Source of the DNA: Hormiphora californensis
Lineage: Eukaryota > Animalia > Ctenophora
Reading direction: 5' to 3'
NCBI GenBank assembly: GCA_020137815.1
Contig: CM035360.1
Coordinates: 6,386,001-6,450,000, forward strand
DNA: 64,000 nt
The notes under the pieces are model-generated. The model made no database searches, was not told the DNA's origin, and worked only from the letters and a program-made list of their open reading frames with translations. Shown one piece after another: positions 23,782-37,896 of this stretch (the stretch's first letter is position 1; every line of letters starts with the position of its first letter). A program made the position numbers and the translations under genes.

Positions 23782-25232
23782 AGTCTCACCCTCACTCCTT
23801 TAGTATATTTTGTCTCTAGGCGATTTTCCATGTGGTCAATTCTATCGCCATGAGCTCAGAAACACATAATATCTGAACGCTTGCTCTAAGTCCGACTACA
23901 ACTGCAGTGAAAGTATGAATCACACCTAACTGCTAACATCTTGATCTCATTTTGATTATTTTGCATTTTCGACGCTAACTCATGAAATTGTTGGGAACTA
24001 AAGAGATCTGCTGCTGTCTATATCTTTCTCTCATAATGAATTTGGTAGAATCACCCCCAATTTCCCACGTTACGTGCAGACTCATAACTTTCATATCCTA
24101 ACTTATTTCTACCTCAGACTTTTTTGAATTAATTGAAAAACAATTACAGTGGTCATGAGCCTGATTCATGCAAACATAAAATTTGTGTAATCTCATTCCT
24201 TTCCCGACATCATTTTACATGTCTCCTCTTCTCCATTTACAATGTAATTTACATCGAGCTTTGAGTTACAATTTTCGAAATCGATAGCTTCAAAACATCT
24301 GCCCTACTTGTTATTATCGACACGGTGATTATTGTTCACCCTGCTAATAATTTATTGAGAATTAGGGATGAGAGACATGGATCAATGACCGACATTTTTG
24401 ACGACTATTCCTTTGCAAATGTAACTCTATCGGGTATAACAGGTACAAACACCCTCATGCACCCTTGTTATCCTAGATCTGTTTATAAACACAGAACCAT
24501 GATATAACCCAATCTCTCACATCTCTCATATATGCAAATCTGATGAATATCTCCCATGTCCTTGTTCTTGGAATAACATAATGATAAATATGTTTCATGT
24601 ATTTGCTTGATAATCAAGAGCTCGAATGGGATCTCAACCGGGTAATAACGAGATTGCTGCAGCCCATGTGTATCTCTGACACAAATATCTAATAAATGAC
24701 ATCCTCCCCGCCCTCTCTCGTATTGATAAGTTCTCATGGTGATCAGAATTCTTGTCTCTTGACAACAACAATGTTCAGAGTTCTTGTAGCATAATATAAG
24801 GTTGTATCGGGAAATATTGATGCTGATCAGTGATTTTATTTCTATGTGTGTTTGGGATAATGAATTTTGCCAATTAATTGTTGCCGCGAGATTTGTGCAA
24901 TATAATTAATCGTGATAATGACTACTTCAGCATGTGACCTGACATGGGAAATGTGTGTAGTTTGTCCAATCGAGATTGCAGTGTGAAATTCTTGTTTCAT
25001 AGTTCTTGTTTCATAGTTCTACTTGTTTGGGGGGGGGGGTCGAACATGTCTATAGTTCTACATGTACATGGTATATTTGTAATGAATGAACAGGGGTCTA
25101 AGCTGGGGGAAGAAGGAGTACAGGGGACCAAGTATCCAAGCTGGACACGTGCATTAGAGGAGCGTTGCAGTACGATCGTTAGACTAAGAGAGCATAGACC
25201 AATCTTATATTCATGGTACGAAAGACTACGGT

Positions 25233-25457
25233 GCTTTCTCGGTTGTTTATGATATTGGTTTGTTTAATTGTCTAAGAATGTCTAACATGGGTTCTCTAGA
25301 ACACGATAGAACTACGAGGTAAAGAAGGGGTTTAGAAGAGGCAGGCTTTCTCGGTTGTTTATGATATTGGTTTGTTTAATTGTCTAAGAATGTCTAACAT
25401 GGGTTCTCTAGAACACGATAGAACTACGAGGTAAAGAAGGGGTTTAGAAGAGGCAGG
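25233..25457. repeat. Two-copy ~113-bp tandem duplication
   Basis: gctttctcggttgtttatg...agaggcag repeated head to tail. Confidence 0.9.
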
Positions 25458-25864
25458 GTGAGTGGTGACTGTAGTCTGTATATGTTAGCTCGGCAGGAGG
25501 GGTTCAGAAGGAACTGCAGTAGGAGAAGGGGTAGGTAGAAGGAGCAGGAAGGGAGAAGGAGCGGGGTGACAGTATGATTGATCAGGGGGGGGGGTTGTAT
25601 GATTGTATGACGGTGATTATTGGACCATGACTGAGCACCATGGTAAATAGTTAATCACACTGGCACACACAATGGTGTGTGTATTGTTATGGGGACAATT
25701 AAAGCTCCCCAGCTGCACCAGTATTTTAATGATTGATGGCACTTCCCACATCTTTCATTATACATAGTAGACTCGCATTATGCTGTGTTCTCGACAAAAT
25801 TTCGGAAAATTTAAGCTTCGTTAGTTCATTCAATATATCTAGCACTATGAGCTCTTTCTCACCG

Positions 25865-25990
<126 letters not shown>

Positions 25991-26059
25991 CTGTGGCAGC
26001 ACCTCATCAACACTGTAGCGACTAAGCACCTAAACACGCCCCGACACGTGTGCCCTATT

Positions 26060-26888
26060 GGAGGGGGGCCGGCTGAAGTTTTTGAAGTTTTTGAAGTTGA
26101 CTTCAAAAACTTCAAAGAGAAACTTAGGGTGGAAAACTTCAAAAACTTCAAAAACTTCAAAAACTCATATCTCCTAAACCGTTGGAGATAGGCCCTATGT
26201 TGCTTCATAACTCTTATATAAACTTGCATATTCCGAACAAGATGCACCCCTTTAAAAAGCATATAGTCACCCATAAACCATTAAAACTGGTCTAGCCCAA
26301 AAAAAGTCATGCGCACACACAAAATTATGAAAATATCCCATTATCTTCCGAATTAGATGAGGTGGAGACTTCATTTTGGCACGTACCCCCACTAACTCGA
26401 GGCCGCTGATGATTTTGGTGTCCATACTTTTTTCACTACTCCCTTCATAAAAAATTTGGATTTTGTGAAACTGGCAAAAAGGGTGTGGCCCCAAAAAAAT
26501 TTTTGAAAATTTACTTCATAATTTTTAAACACTTTCTTAGCATTTTCTAGGCAATTTTTTGAGTTATAGAATGGAAATAAAATCTGTTTTTACAAAAAAA
26601 TTAAATTTTCTACATCAAATTGTGCCATGGATTTCATGGCTAGGAATCGTTGTAAATATCCTAATTTGTGGTAGAAAAAGAGCAGACAAGGACGGATAAC
26701 TTTGCCACAATATGTATTAAGCATGAAACTAACCTAAACAAGTGTAATAATAGTCACTGATAGCATATAAAAGTAGTTTAGAGTTTTTGAAGTTTTTGAA
26801 GTTTTTGAAGTCAACTTCAAAAACTTCAAAAACTCAAAAAGTAGGGTGGAAAACTTCAAACTTCAAAAACTTCAGCCGGCCCCCCCCC
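26060..26888. mobile_element. Complete MITE with G-run TIRs and 8-bp TSD
   Basis: GCCCTATT|ggaggggggccggctgaagtttttgaag ... cttcaaaaacttcagccggccccccccc|GCCCTATT; subterminal aaaacttc arrays. Confidence 0.92.
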
Positions 26889-27508
26889 GCCCTATTTATA
26901 CGACACATCTTAAACTACAGGACCATCTTCAAGTTCAAAACTTCGTTCAGTCTCTCCTATATTATAATTGTCATTTAGTTATTAAAGCCTTTTCTCTAGC
27001 TGGTGGTCACCTGCTATATTGCTTTTTGGAGAGGAGTGATATCTGGTAATAGGTCGGAAACAGGTGGCTAATGGCCAATCTGATCGGTGAAGCGAATCAA
27101 AAAAGGGAACATGGCTTAAAATGGGGGGGGGGATCAAATAAATCATTTACTATCTGATTTCTCTTTAGCTTGGTAACTTGCTACCCTTCGTGAGAGTGCC
27201 CTTGAACAGTGCATGGAAGGAAAAGAAGCTCGTTCGCGTTTCTAGTTTTAGTCGACCAACTATTTAACTCTTAGTTAAGATTATTCTTTGCATATATGCA
27301 TGATATGTATGAGAGCTAGTTACTGCCGGATTTGTGGGTATATTTTGCTTTTAGGTTCTGGGTAGGAAACATACACCACTGTTTCAAAGATCTAATCAAT
27401 TTTACTTTTGCTGCCGCAGTGGTTAGTTAGAGGCGATTTGAAGAATAAGATGAATTTATCATTTGGAATCAGTAGAATTAGCGTTTTGCACCAGTATCTG
27501 TTTATCTA

Positions 27509-28515
27509 ATAGTAGGGACGAATCTTAATTTTTTGACTCACTATTTGGTGGAAAGCAAATTCCGGTTGTAACCCACCTATTTTGACCCGCTGAACACGAT
27601 CCCGTTCATAGGCAAGCTCGCAAAAGTGGAGAAAATGCCCAAATCGGCCACGCCCTTTTACCTGTATTTTCAGCCTGTAGCCAAAAACATAAATCCTCTT
27701 AGAATAGGAGTAGAGACAAATCTGAGCGCACTAAAGTGATCAGCGCCCTCGCATAAGTGGGGGTAGGTGCTGGAATTAAGTCTCTATCTCATCTGGTTAA
27801 TTAGATAATTGGATAATTAGGTTTGCGCATAACCGTTTTTTGGCTATATGGCTATAGCCACTTAGGAATGGTTTAGAGACTTTTCACTGGCGCCATTTTG
27901 TAGGCAATAGCCAAGTTATGGGGGGGTCGACGTCGGACTTTTAAGCTCTATCTCCAACCGTTTAGCCGTTATTGGGCCTAAACGATGCTCAAAATGAGCG
28001 AAAAACGGTCAAAAGCCCGATTTTGAGCACCGTTTAGGCCCAATAACGGCTAAACGGTTGGAGATAGAGCTTAAAAGTCCAACGTCGACCCCCCATAACT
28101 TGGCTATTGCCTACAAAATGGCGCCAGTGAAAAGTCTCTAAACCATTCCTAAGTGGCTATAGCCATATAGCCAAAAAACGGTTATGCGCAAACCTAATTA
28201 TCCAATTATCTAATTAACCAGATGAGATAGAGACTTAATTCCAGCACCTACCCCCACTAATGCGAGGGCGCTGATCACTTTAGTGCCCTCAGATTTGTCT
28301 CTACTCCTATTCTAAGAGGATTTATGTTTTTGGCTACAGGCTGAAAATACAGGTAAAAGGGCGTGGCCGATTTGGGCATTTTCTCCACTTTTGCGAGCTT
28401 GCCTATGAACGGGATCGTGTTCAGCGGGTCAAAATAGGTGGGTTACAACCGGAATTTGCTTTCCACCAAATAGTGAGTCAGCCACTTCTTTTTAAAAGAG
28501 ATTCGTCCCTACTAT
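27509..28515. mobile_element. ~1-kb foldback (palindromic) element
   Basis: Ends atagtagggacgaatct / agattcgtccctactat; near-perfect arms with a loop at ~27996-28019. Confidence 0.9.
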
Positions 28516-30262
28516 AATATTTAGAGAGGTAGAGAAACTACTTAGCCAGAGACAGAGACAGGGGAAAAAGAGGTAGAGAAACTACTTAGCCAGAGAAAGA
28601 AGAGAGAGAAGAGAGAGAAGAGAAATAGCGGAGATTGTATTGTTGTGAAATGATTTGAAGATACTCTAGAAGTGGGAGAGACTGTGTTAGAAGTAGTACA
28701 TAACAAGAGAAGAAAATAAAGACACCAGGTGTTTTTCAAAAGAGATTATAGCCGCCTTCTTCACACTTCTATTTCATAGACCCTATAGGCCACCAAGCCA
28801 TGGCTTCATATATTGTAGTTGTTAGTCGAAATGCAGTGAAGATGGTGAGATGATGTGTTGACAAGGACCATATGTTAAATTATCATTATTATATACTCGT
28901 ATATTAACAATAGTATATTATTAACTCCAGGTTCGGAATAGTAGAGAAAAGAAAGGGAAAATATTCCCCTTCTTTTCTCCCTCTTCCTCACGTTACATGA
29001 TTCCTTACATGATCCCTACCTGTCCTTTGTTTAAGAGCGTCAGGGGAGGATCTGCCATCACGGTATTGTATTCCACATATCTTTTCTTTTGACGTCTCTC
29101 ACGCACATAGCTCTGAAAATATCACTTAGTGAACTTTGTGCTGTTTAGAAAAGATCCAATTATTATAGTGGACCCGTTCTGAACTGTGACAATTTGATTG
29201 CAGTGGGGGGTGCGACATGTTAATTTTGTTAACTTTGTTAATATTAACATCGAGAAAACAGGTGATTTATTAACAAAATTAACAAAAAGTTAACAAACGT
29301 TAACAAATGCCATTTATGCCATCTAAATCACCTTTAGCACGCGTTTTTGGTATTTAACACTTGTTCTGCGAGCAAAGTTGTTCCTTTTGCACGATTTGCA
29401 CACTCCTACTAACCTCTACTACGGCTTTTCTACAGCGATTTGTTCCATTGTGTAAATTTTAATAAAAACTAGCCAAACTAAACCGCAATTGAAGTCAATT
29501 GACCCTAATCCACCTTTTTTAAACCCTAAAAACTAATTGAGACTCATGAATTTACCATAAAACAAAAATATCCCAAAAATCAATTTTTCTAAAAAACACA
29601 AGGATTTGTAGCGAAGCAAATTTTCAATTTTTGACCAAAAAATTGATTTTGGAAATATTTTGTTTCTTTTTCCGACAGAAACGTTGTACATCTAATCCGA
29701 CGAAATCGTGCTTTGAACATAAAATTTATAGGGGCAATGTAATTCCTTCACTAAGTGGTACTAATAGGTCCACCATACCACCAAACGAAAGTTTACCAAC
29801 CAACTCCATGGGGGGAGGTCCGATAATTGGCCTTGATTGACACCTGTATTTTCAGTATGGGTCCAAAAACATAATTACCCTTAAAATAGGAGTAGAGACA
29901 AATCTGAGGGCACTAAAGTGTGTAGCGTCCTCGCATTAGTGGGGGTAGGTGGTGGAATTAAGTCTCTATCTCATCTGGTTAATTAGTTAATTGGATAATT
30001 AGATATGCGCATAACCGTATTTTGGCTATATGGCTATAGCCACTTAGGAATGGTTTAGAGACGTTTCATTGGTGCCAATTTGTAGGCAATGGCCAAGTTA
30101 TGGGGGGTCGACGTCGGACTTTTAAGCTCTATCTTTAACCGTTTAGCCGTTATTTGGCTTTGAAGGTGCTCAAAATTCGGGTTTTTTACCGTTTTTTGCT
30201 CATTTTGAGCCAAAAAACATGTATGTCGGACTTTGGTTATCGGAAGAGGCCTTGTTTGGGTA

Positions 30263-32873
30263 GAGATTCAAGATTCAAGATTCAAATTAAAAAGTACTTA
30301 ACAATAATATTATTGTCATATAACTATAGGTAAAAAGTGGGAGTAGGAGGGGTAGAGAGAGGGTTCAGGGGGTTGAGAGGAGAGGTATGGTGGGCGGTGG
30401 TAGTGAGTGTATTATGGGTTGATGATGGTGTGAATTAGGTGAGAGAGATGATGATTGATGTGTGAGGGGAAGACATGACCACGAAGGGAGGTTCTGTCTT
30501 GATCTGTTAGGCGGTCTCGAGCTGATTTGGTGCGGGTGCATTCATTCAGCATGTGCCACTCATCTTGGAGCTGTTCTAAACGAGACAAAATCTCCTATAG
30601 GAGGCAGTTATAACTGCCTCCTATAGTAGGTAGGTAAAACCATTCTAAACGAGTAACTGGCTACTCTTACCGGCTACTATAACTGCTTCATACGAACATC
30701 GTCTAGAAAGGCCGTATGAGGTAGGTATAACTGCTAATGCATGTGATCGTGTGAATGTAAGGTTTCCCCAACGTCCCCGTATCATATTTTGTTCACACAT
30801 GACGGCGATCACGTGCAATAGCGGTTATAACTGCCTCATACGAGGACCCTTTTTCTTTCTAGACGAGTATCTACCTACTATAGGAGGCAGTTATAACTGC
30901 CAGTTATAGTAGCCGGTAATGGTTCAAACTCTAACCGGCGGTTAGAGTAAAAATATCGTTCTAAACGAGTATCTACCTACTATAGGAGGCAGTTATAACT
31001 GCCAGTTATAACTGCCTCATACGAGATTTTGTCTCGTCTAGAAAGGCTCTTGAATGATGGGGTCGAAGAAAGGGAGGGCACGCAGGAGAGGTATAGACTC
31101 GGGTGAGGAGCAATCATCACAGAAGCGCTCAGATCTGTCAGTTTTGTTATGGCGTCCGGTTTCGATTTTTAGGCGGTGGGTACTCGTTCTTAACTTGATG
31201 AAGTCAGGTGCCGTCCTTCTTTCTAGGTAATCCTCAAAGCCATGTCCGGTCTTGACACTGTTGTAGAATTCAAGCTTCCGGTTGCTGTGGCGAATATCGT
31301 CCCATTGGGTCCAAAACCAATCTGAGATACGGGCCTGCACGAGTTGGGAGTTAGGGAGAAGTGTCTTCTGCGGGTGGTGGGCATTGGAGTCGAATATCTC
31401 GGAGGTCCTTAGGACACTTTGATACCAGGGCAACTGTAGTCGCTTCTGTTCGTTATAGGCGTGTACGACTAGCTTGCTTTGGTTGTCGAGAGTGTTGCTC
31501 ATGATACATAGTCTATTGTGGAAGTCCAGCAGGTGTTTGCTGTTTCTTACGGCCAGGGGGACTCTATCAGTGTCCCCGTAGAGTGGAGGTAGCGGTGTGT
31601 TTTTCCGAAGTCCTAGTAGCCATCTCAGAAAGCTGGTTTGACATTTTTCTGTTTGGTCGTCCCAGATGTCCTTCGATGTAGTTTTCACATGCTTCCCGTT
31701 TAGAGATGTCTTGAGAAATCTTGTTTCGTGCAGCCAGATAGCTGATGCATACCCTGCTACAGGTGCTACCAGAGCATCAAATAGTTTTAGGGCCGCTTGC
31801 TTGGATATTGATCTGATATCCACTATTCTTTTTATGGCGAAAATGCTCCGCATGCTCTTGATTCTCAGTTGTTTTTGGGCTTCTCGTAGGTTACCATTCA
31901 CCGAGAAAGTCAAACCGAGATATTGATAGGTCTTGGTTGATGGGATGTGTGAGTCGCCGTAGAGAAAGCTGTTGGATTCTTTGAGTTTCCTCCCAGCTTG
32001 GTTAAAGACCATTATAGCCGTTTTTTCGGTGTTAACGGTAAGATCCCAATCAGAGCAGAACCGGTAGAGGGCATCGAGGAGTTTCTGAAGACCCTTAGCC
32101 GAGGTTGACATAAGTACCAGATCATCAGCCCAGAGCAAGTGAGTCACTAGGGCTGTTCCTAGTGCTACTGGGTCAGATTCCAGGTCTTTATCATTGAGTA
32201 TTGTGGATAGGTCCAAGAGGAAACACTTGAAAAGCTCTGGACTTGTGACATGCCCCTGCTCTGTGCCAATTTGGATGTCAATGAGATCAGAGAGTTTCTG
32301 AGCTAGTTTTAGGCGAGCCTTGGAGTTGTTGTACATGTGGTCGAGTACATTGAAGAACTTCCCACGAACTCCAAGGTTTAGCAGTTTTAGGAGAAGGGCG
32401 TCTCTGTTGAGGCCATCGAATGCCTTACGAAAGTCGATAAAGCAAGTGTAGAGCCTTCCTTTGTTCTGTATTCCTTTCTGAATGGCAGTATGGAGTGTTA
32501 AAAGGTGGTCGCTGGTCTGTGCGCCCTTCACAAAGCCTTGTTGGTTGGGCGGGTCCGGGCAGTGAGTCTTCCTGAAGTTCACTAGGCGCTCCAGATAGAT
32601 GGCGGAGAAGACACGCCCCAGACTGCTCCCTACAGCAATGGCTCGGTAGTTGTTAGGGTCATGTTTGGGCCCTTTTTTGTGGATAGGTGTTATAACCGTA
32701 GTGTTCCAAGGGTACACGCCGTGTTCGAGGCATTGGTTATACAGATGTGTGAGTAGCTGTATCGTGTTGGGACATGCCTCTTTGAGTAGTTCGTTAGGTA
32801 TTCCATCAATGCCTGGCGATTTGCCCCTTTTTAGATCCTTGATAGCCTTTTCGACATCATTAGTGCATATAGG
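30263..32873 (-). mobile_element. 5'-truncated non-LTR retrotransposon (L2/CR1-group, Crack/Daphne-like) ORF2
   Basis: RT motifs in ORF 31038-32717 (PIHKKG..NYRAIAV, QQGF, CFIDFRKAFD, QGHVTSPELF, LWADD, YQYLG, LKIETGRH). The C-terminal DEWHMLNEC resumes beyond the MITE. 3' (TTGAATC)n tail at ~30264-30286; ttgggta on both flanks. Confidence 0.92.
30568..31049. mobile_element. PIF/Harbinger-like MITE inserted in the LINE ORF2
   Basis: TTG|gagctgttctaaacgagacaaaatctc ... gagattttgtctcgtctagaaaggctc|TTG (3-bp TSD). Its removal restores PIIQ-DEWHMLNEC. Confidence 0.88.
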
Positions 32874-33835
32874 TTGGGTATATATGTGTTAGAAAAGTCA
32901 TTAAACTATAAAATTAAACCAGTTAAAGTCGTATTATCAACCAATAAGAACATTTTTTGCTGATTTGTTAACTTTGTTAATTTTGTTAATTAACGTTAAT
33001 TAACAAAATCGAAAAAAAGAGGTGATTTATTAACAATTAACATGTCGCCCCCCCCCCCCCCCATTGCAGTATAATTTCCCGGCACCACAAAATATTATAT
33101 TTATGTTCTGGATTTCTAATCCAGTCTCTGTCCATTTATTTCCTTACTACATAATCACCCTACGAGCCGATTGTAATCACCTCGTACTCGAGAGCATGCA
33201 CTGAGCAGTGAGCAGTGATCACTGAGCCAGTTCTAATTCCCAAGAACGAAATAACCATCCTCTAACGAACTAACCATCCTCTAAAATATGTTTCCCATAA
33301 CACGACCTCTGTGGAAGATCTACACAATCTCACGTACCCACGTAACACACCTGGTGCTGAGTCATGTCCCTCTCTCACTCTCAATTGTTGACCATGTTAT
33401 TGCGGCATTATGGTAGTACCTGTGTTCAGTTATAATAGTTTGTGTTTCTCTACCAAGGCATCCCCTTCCCTCTCTGTGTTGCTCTCAGTGTCCCTCTCTG
33501 TATCTCTCTCTCCCTCCCTCAAGGAGGATCTGTTTATTCCTCTAGGTAGTATCTATTACTTAAGGGTATTATTAGTATCTCTACCTAGTTGTAGTGTTAA
33601 GTAATATAAGCTTGTCTAGTCGATAATAACCTGCAGTCAATATATCTTGCCGACATCCAGTTCTTACAAGTAGATAACTGCACTTTCTTCCGCAGAAGAA
33701 TTCGGCTTGTCTCGATCCCGTCTCGATTCAACTTCCCCAATACTATGACGATTGATATTAGTAGTATCCTGCATTGCTTTGCCACCTCTACCTACTCAAT
33801 GCTAATAACTCCCCCTCTTCTCTCCCTAGTACACG

Positions 33836-36800
33836 ATGAACATATCAGGATTCCTGGTAGCCAATACCACCTCATCAGGAGAGGAGGACATTATACCAAC
33901 AGAGGAGACAGCAGCAACTACACCTATAGAGCCAATACCGGGGCTGGACAACTTCATTGGCACTGTCTATATGTTCTGCTTTCTGTTCGGGACAGCAGGG
34001 AACTTCATCGCACTTCTCTATTTTATGAGGTACACAATCCGGTGTATCTTGTACACATACTTCTTCAAACAATAACATGACCAGAGCGCAGAGGGACATT
34101 TCAATTTTCATTTCTCTCCACTTCCCACATATTATAATGGTATCAATGCCCCCCCCCCCAGGAAGAAGAAGGATGTACCTACGTTGGTGTACAGCGTGGT
34201 AGTGGTAGTAGACCTGGCCATCTCAATCATCATCCTCCCTGTGGGAATATCGTTCTTCTACCAACGCAGATCGGTAATATTTATCAGCTGTGGAAGGGAG
34301 GTGTTAGTTTTTGGGCAGCTTCCCCCTTGATATACTACATGACTATATCATCGGCCCAGTTGTACATTATATTAGGAGAGGTCAGTCGTTTCCGAGACAA
34401 CCTACCCAGATTATCAATATCTCACCTGTTTCTCTCCTCTCCAGATGTTGTTCTCGGTGCAGATGATCTGTGATATCTGGGCGATTAGTGTGGACCTCCG
34501 CTCAGCGGATATCCGTCTTCATGGTGGCTGTCTTGTCTGTTACCCGGGCATACATCCTCACATTCCCCTTCCGGGAAGTGGGCAGGAGACTTGTTATCAT
34601 GGTGAGAGAGTTATATGTGGAGACGGCGCGGGGAGGTACTGTTTCTGTTAAGGACACTGACAGAAAGGGGAAAGAAATGTGGGAATTATTTTAGGCCAAA
34701 GTGACCATCAACCACTAAAAAGGGAAGTTCTAAATACAGAGAACGGATTAATACCCCCCCCCCCCCAGGTAATGGTGACTGGTACGATAGTGCACATCCT
34801 GGGTAGCTCCATCCCTCTATGGTATAACGCCTCCCATCTCTACCACTACACAGCCTGTGCGTGTATTGCACTAACACCATTACACGAGGATGTCACCACC
34901 GCCATTCAGGTGTTCGATTATCTGGGGCTATTCGTGCCCGTACCGGTAAGTAATGGTAGGGGATGAGGGTAGTAGGGGGGGGGGTAGAGGGTGTAGTTAG
35001 TTAGTAGTGAAAGGGGGACGTGTTACTATGCGTGTTATAGGCACGGAGAGGGAGGTGGAGGGTGAGATAAACAAGTCATTAGTCGTCACGGGGTTGTCAT
35101 AGAGGGGAGTAAACATTACACATGTTGGTAACTACTGAGTACTGACCTTGACACACCTGCAGTAGTATCAACTGTCACTGCGCACGGCGTGCCTGATGAA
35201 ATTTTAACACGACCTAGCATGCAACGGGAAACCACCACTTGTACGTGGTAGCTGAGGGTCTACAGAATGGCGCTACGGTGCGGGATAAAAAAATCCATTC
35301 CCTAAAATCTTTTTTTTTACTTTTATTTGATTTGGGTCAAAATTGGCTATATTAAACGTGGTCCCGAAAAATCCATAATGACTTAGCACACGAAATATGT
35401 CACCCCCACCTATTTTTGCACGTAGAATCGATTGCCGTTGAAGTCGAATCTCTAAAATGACTGTAAAATGGTCAAAAGTTGATTTTTTACCATTTTTGGA
35501 GGTTTTTGGCCCCTAAACCATTGAAAACGTTGAGATAGGAATTTGAAACTAGTGCCAATCGTTAAAATGGTCATTTTTCTACCAAGAACCAAGTTTTCGT
35601 GTATATCCGATTTATGGTTAGATTTTGGCAAATTGTTGAAATCTGCCAACTAGGAGAACCGTAACTTGATTTTCTTGTTTTTTGGATTTTGGCATTTTTG
35701 ACAAACTTCTGATTGAAATGGTCAATCGGGACCATGCTTAAGTTGTTTATGGGACAATTTTCGACTAAAATCCAAGATTTCATACCAATCCAATAACAGA
35801 TCGTTGATTTATAGAAAATTTAAGTAGGCAAAACGGTCAAAATAAGCAAGAAAAGTTGTCATTTTGACCGTTTTGCCTACTTAATTTTTCTATAAATCAA
35901 CGATCTGTTATTGGATTGGTATGAAATCTTGGATTTTAGTCGAAAATTGTCCCATAAACAACTTAAGCATGGTCCCGATTGACCATTTCAATCAGAAGTT
36001 TGTCAAAAATGCCAAAATCCAAAAAACAAGAAAATCAAGTTACGGTTCTCCTAGTTGGCAGATTTCAACAATTTGCCCAAATCTAACCATAAATCGGATA
36101 TACACGAAAACTTGGTTCTTGGTAGAAAAATGACCATTTTAACGATTGGCACTAGTTTCAAATTCCTATCTCAACGTTTTCAATGGTTTAGGGGCCAAAA
36201 ACCTCCAAAAATGGTAAAAAATCAACTTTTGACCATTTTACAGTCATTTTAGAGATTCGACTTCAACGGCAATCGATTCTACGTGCAAAAATAGGTGGGG
36301 GTGACATATTTCGTGTGCTAAGTCATTATGGATTTTTCGGGACCACGTTTAATATAGCCAATTTTGACCCAAATCAAATAAAAGTAAAAAAAAAGATTTT
36401 AGGGAATGGATTTTTTTATCCCGCACCGTAGCGCCATTCTGTAGACCCTCAGCTACCACGTACAAGTGGTGGTTTCCCGTTGCATGCTAGGTCGTGTTAA
36501 AATTTCACCAGGCACGCCGTGTGCGGCACACCTGTATCATGCTACCATGTCACCAACCATGCTACACAACCACCCAATCTCATTTCCTAACTCTGAACCT
36601 TCCTGACATGACAACCTCTCCAACACAAGAGGACTTCCATACCATTTCTATGTCAATCTGTACATGGAATTCTATGCCCAATGCCGAGATGTGTGTTGCT
36701 CATATTCTCCCACTATATCAGGTGATAATAGTAAGTTTCGTGGTGACTGTGATAGGTATCTCCAAGAAGACTACAGCGTCACCTGGTACCACACAGTTTG

Positions 36801-37422
36801 ATGAAAAAGCCCGTATTACGGTTACCATCTCCATATTTACAGGTAGGAACCACCATTCGAAGGTCCAAGGTTGTGTAAACCTAGCTAAACTCTTCAAAAT
36901 TTCTTTAAAAATTGGTAGAAATGTATCGTTTACCCCCGTGGTCCTACCATCTAACTTCCTCTCACAATTTACAGGAGCGTATCTATTCTTCAACCTCCCT
37001 GCCGTGACATACTGTCTGCTCTACTTTCTAAACTACCTAGGTTGGAATCTCACCACCCTCTACCTAACTAACTTGTTCTTTGTACTGGTAATACCCCTCA
37101 ATGCGGCCTGTAACCCCATTATATACCTGTGGAGAATGAAGAGAATGAGAATGCAGAGCTTTCAGGTCAGATCATAATATATATAAACCCATGTGCCCCT
37201 CTCTCTCTCTCATACCCATGTGCCCCTCTCTCTCTCTCATACCCACGTGCCCCTCTCCCTCTCTCTCCCTCTCCACAGCTAAACCCATGTGCCTCTCTAC
37301 AGATGATAAGAAGGAGTGTCAGGCCAGTACCCTACCATGATAGAGGGGGTCCAGGGGTAACCGGGGGTTACACAGCAGCTACACGGTTAGGGGAGGATAC
37401 CACACAAACTAGCGACCTGTGA
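33836..37422 (+). CDS. Rhodopsin-like (class A) G-protein-coupled receptor, divergent
   Basis: Exons: 33836-34029 (TM1 GTAGNFIALLYF), 34162-34273 (TM2 VVDLAIS..LPV), 34445-34601 (TM3 C-DIW..RISVFMVAVLSVTR..FPF; extra base at ~34484), 34769-34945, 36722-36842, 36975-37165 (FNLP, TM7 NAACNPIIYLWRM), 37303-37422. Confidence 0.88.
35183..36521. mobile_element. 1.34-kb palindromic element, Chapaev-like (CAC..GTG ends, 4-bp TSD), in GPCR intron 4
   Basis: TGCG|cacggcgtgcctgatgaaatttt ... aaaatttcaccaggcacgccgtg|TGCG; ~660-bp near-perfect arms, loop ~35844-35860. Confidence 0.85.
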
Positions 37423-37896
37423 AATGTAGGGAATACCTAAAAAAGTAGACGAGGATATGTTACGTTTAGTGTTGGAAGTGGTTGAACTCAAAATGCAATC
37501 ACAGCGCTGGCAAGCGCCCCGGGGCCAATCCCATGCCAAGAAACACAATTGAGGTGGAAGAAGTAGCGCCAGTGGTACACAGGGTGTAACCTTACACCCT
37601 GAGAACAGAGGGAGATCTAGCAGATACCTGTCAACGCCCTCCCCCACCCCCACCTACGGGCCAGCGCTTATATACTTATTATACAGATGGGTCCTTTTCA
37701 AGCGGCTTAAAAACATACTTCCATAATTTCAATCTAGCTCAAATTTTGTATTAAGAGTTGCCAACTAGGGAACTTTGTTGTGTAAAAATTTCACGCTCCT
37801 AGGGTTTGTACTTCACAAGTTATGAAAGGCTCAAATTTCGGCCATTTAAGATATATACATCGATAGATAGATAGATACAGATTTTTGCGTCAATCT

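Larger units (their letters stand above)
29205..33062. mobile_element. G-run TIR element with 8-bp TSD, carrying nested insertions
   Basis: ATTGCAGT|ggggggtgcgacatgtttaatt ... aattaacatgtcgccccc(n)|ATTGCAGT; subterminal ttaacaa/ttgttaa arrays. Confidence 0.9.

Noticed and set aside
35452-36252. Mirror-image ORF pairs on opposite strands
   Set aside because: A consequence of the palindrome; no protein similarity.
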